Shown here: positions 63,131 to 64,000 of the stretch, in pieces
Position numbering within the stretch: the first letter of the stretch is position 1
Layout: each line of letters begins with the position of its first letter
Origin: Macrostomum lignano
Taxonomy: Eukaryota
Reading direction: 5' to 3'
Assembly: GCA_002269645.1 (NCBI GenBank)
Contig: NIVC01000103.1
Span: 741,393-805,392, forward strand
DNA length: 64,000 bases
Notes under the pieces: model-generated
Told to the model about the DNA's origin: nothing
Seen by the model: only the letters and a program-made list of their open reading frames with translations
Database searches by the model: none
Position numbers and translations under genes: made by a program

Positions 63131-64000
63131 AGTTCCTAGAGTTTTTACTTTTTACCATAGACAATATTTAAAGAAGCTCTAAATGTATGCATTTTTCTTA
63201 TTTATTTTAGATTTAATTGCTTGCTCATAAGCCAAAGGCTTAAACTAGCATGTAAATGCAATTTCTTATGTTAAATTGATTTTTGTTAAGATGTTTCCAA
63301 ATTGGTTCTATAGTAGTATAGAAAAACACTGCAGCATACATGTGCAACCTCCAAAATTTGGTTGGCCATGTGACTTAGTTTTAACAAAAATGCAACATGG
63401 TTTTTTTGCTAAAAATGTGACTTACATGTAAAAAAACCCTAAAGCAAAATTACCACAACTTTGGGTAAATGGCAAGAGTAACTATGACTGTCTTTTAAAG
63501 CCAAAATGCCTTGTTAGCTACTTAGTGCTACTACTTGGTTATTTTTTCAGGTGGGCATTTTTGTGACTTCCTTGGTTGGCCACCAAATCGGTCGGCCAGA
63601 TCAGCTGACTTGGCTGACTATTGCGCATGTATGCCTTGCGGCCTTGAAGATTGAAGGGCAATTTAAACAATTTTTTTTATTTCCCATTCTAAATTATTTT
63701 ATTCATTTTTTCAGTTGATCATAGCTGGCTGACTACATGCACCATGATTTATTGTCAACCCTGACCTTCCAAGTCCTACAATTGAGCTGTGTGACCTGGA
63801 CATAAACCACTGAGAGCTGACAAGCCTGACTAATAAGACAAGAATTGAATGGCTTGAGACCTATGGCCTACTATGTAATTCCATAGCATGCCAATTGCCA
63901 ACATTGCCTAGGCCATCAGTATGGTTACTAGAGGTCGGACGGGATTGAAATCTTCGGGCGGGATTGGGATCGGGAATAATTTTTTTCTTGAGATTGGGAT

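Overview
This is eukaryotic (metazoan) genomic DNA. The AT-rich spliceosomal introns packed with mini- and microsatellites and the GC-rich exons suggest a free-living flatworm such as Macrostomum (inference only). Main content, left to right: (1) 1.6-9.5 kb (+): a non-coding, GAS5/UHG-like host gene with about 25 tiny exons and 23 intronic box C/D snoRNAs in four families, one per intron, built by tandem duplication. (2) A two-exon class I ARF GTPase gene (+) whose intron holds a ~29-bp satellite and a truncated piggyBac element. (3) A complete nine-exon Cys-loop ligand-gated anion channel gene (-, 503 aa, GlyR/GluCl-like) with an unusual Cys-rich N-terminal extension. (4) A 21-bp satellite interrupted by a young 8.5-kb LTR element (-). 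Its single long ORF reads Gag - internal signal peptide - herpesvirus gB-like envelope - TM - aspartic protease, with no RT/RNaseH/integrase. An intact mariner sits in its 5' LTR. (5) An ALMS-motif (ALMS1-like) gene (-) and a USP-family deubiquitinase gene (-). (6) tRNA-derived SINEs, RTE and Penelope-like fragments, and MITE-like elements. The most striking items are the Gag-Env(gB)-PR LTR element and the snoRNA array. Most entries in the supplied ORF track are artefacts of tandem repeats. All homology calls are by eye and from memory; no searches were run.
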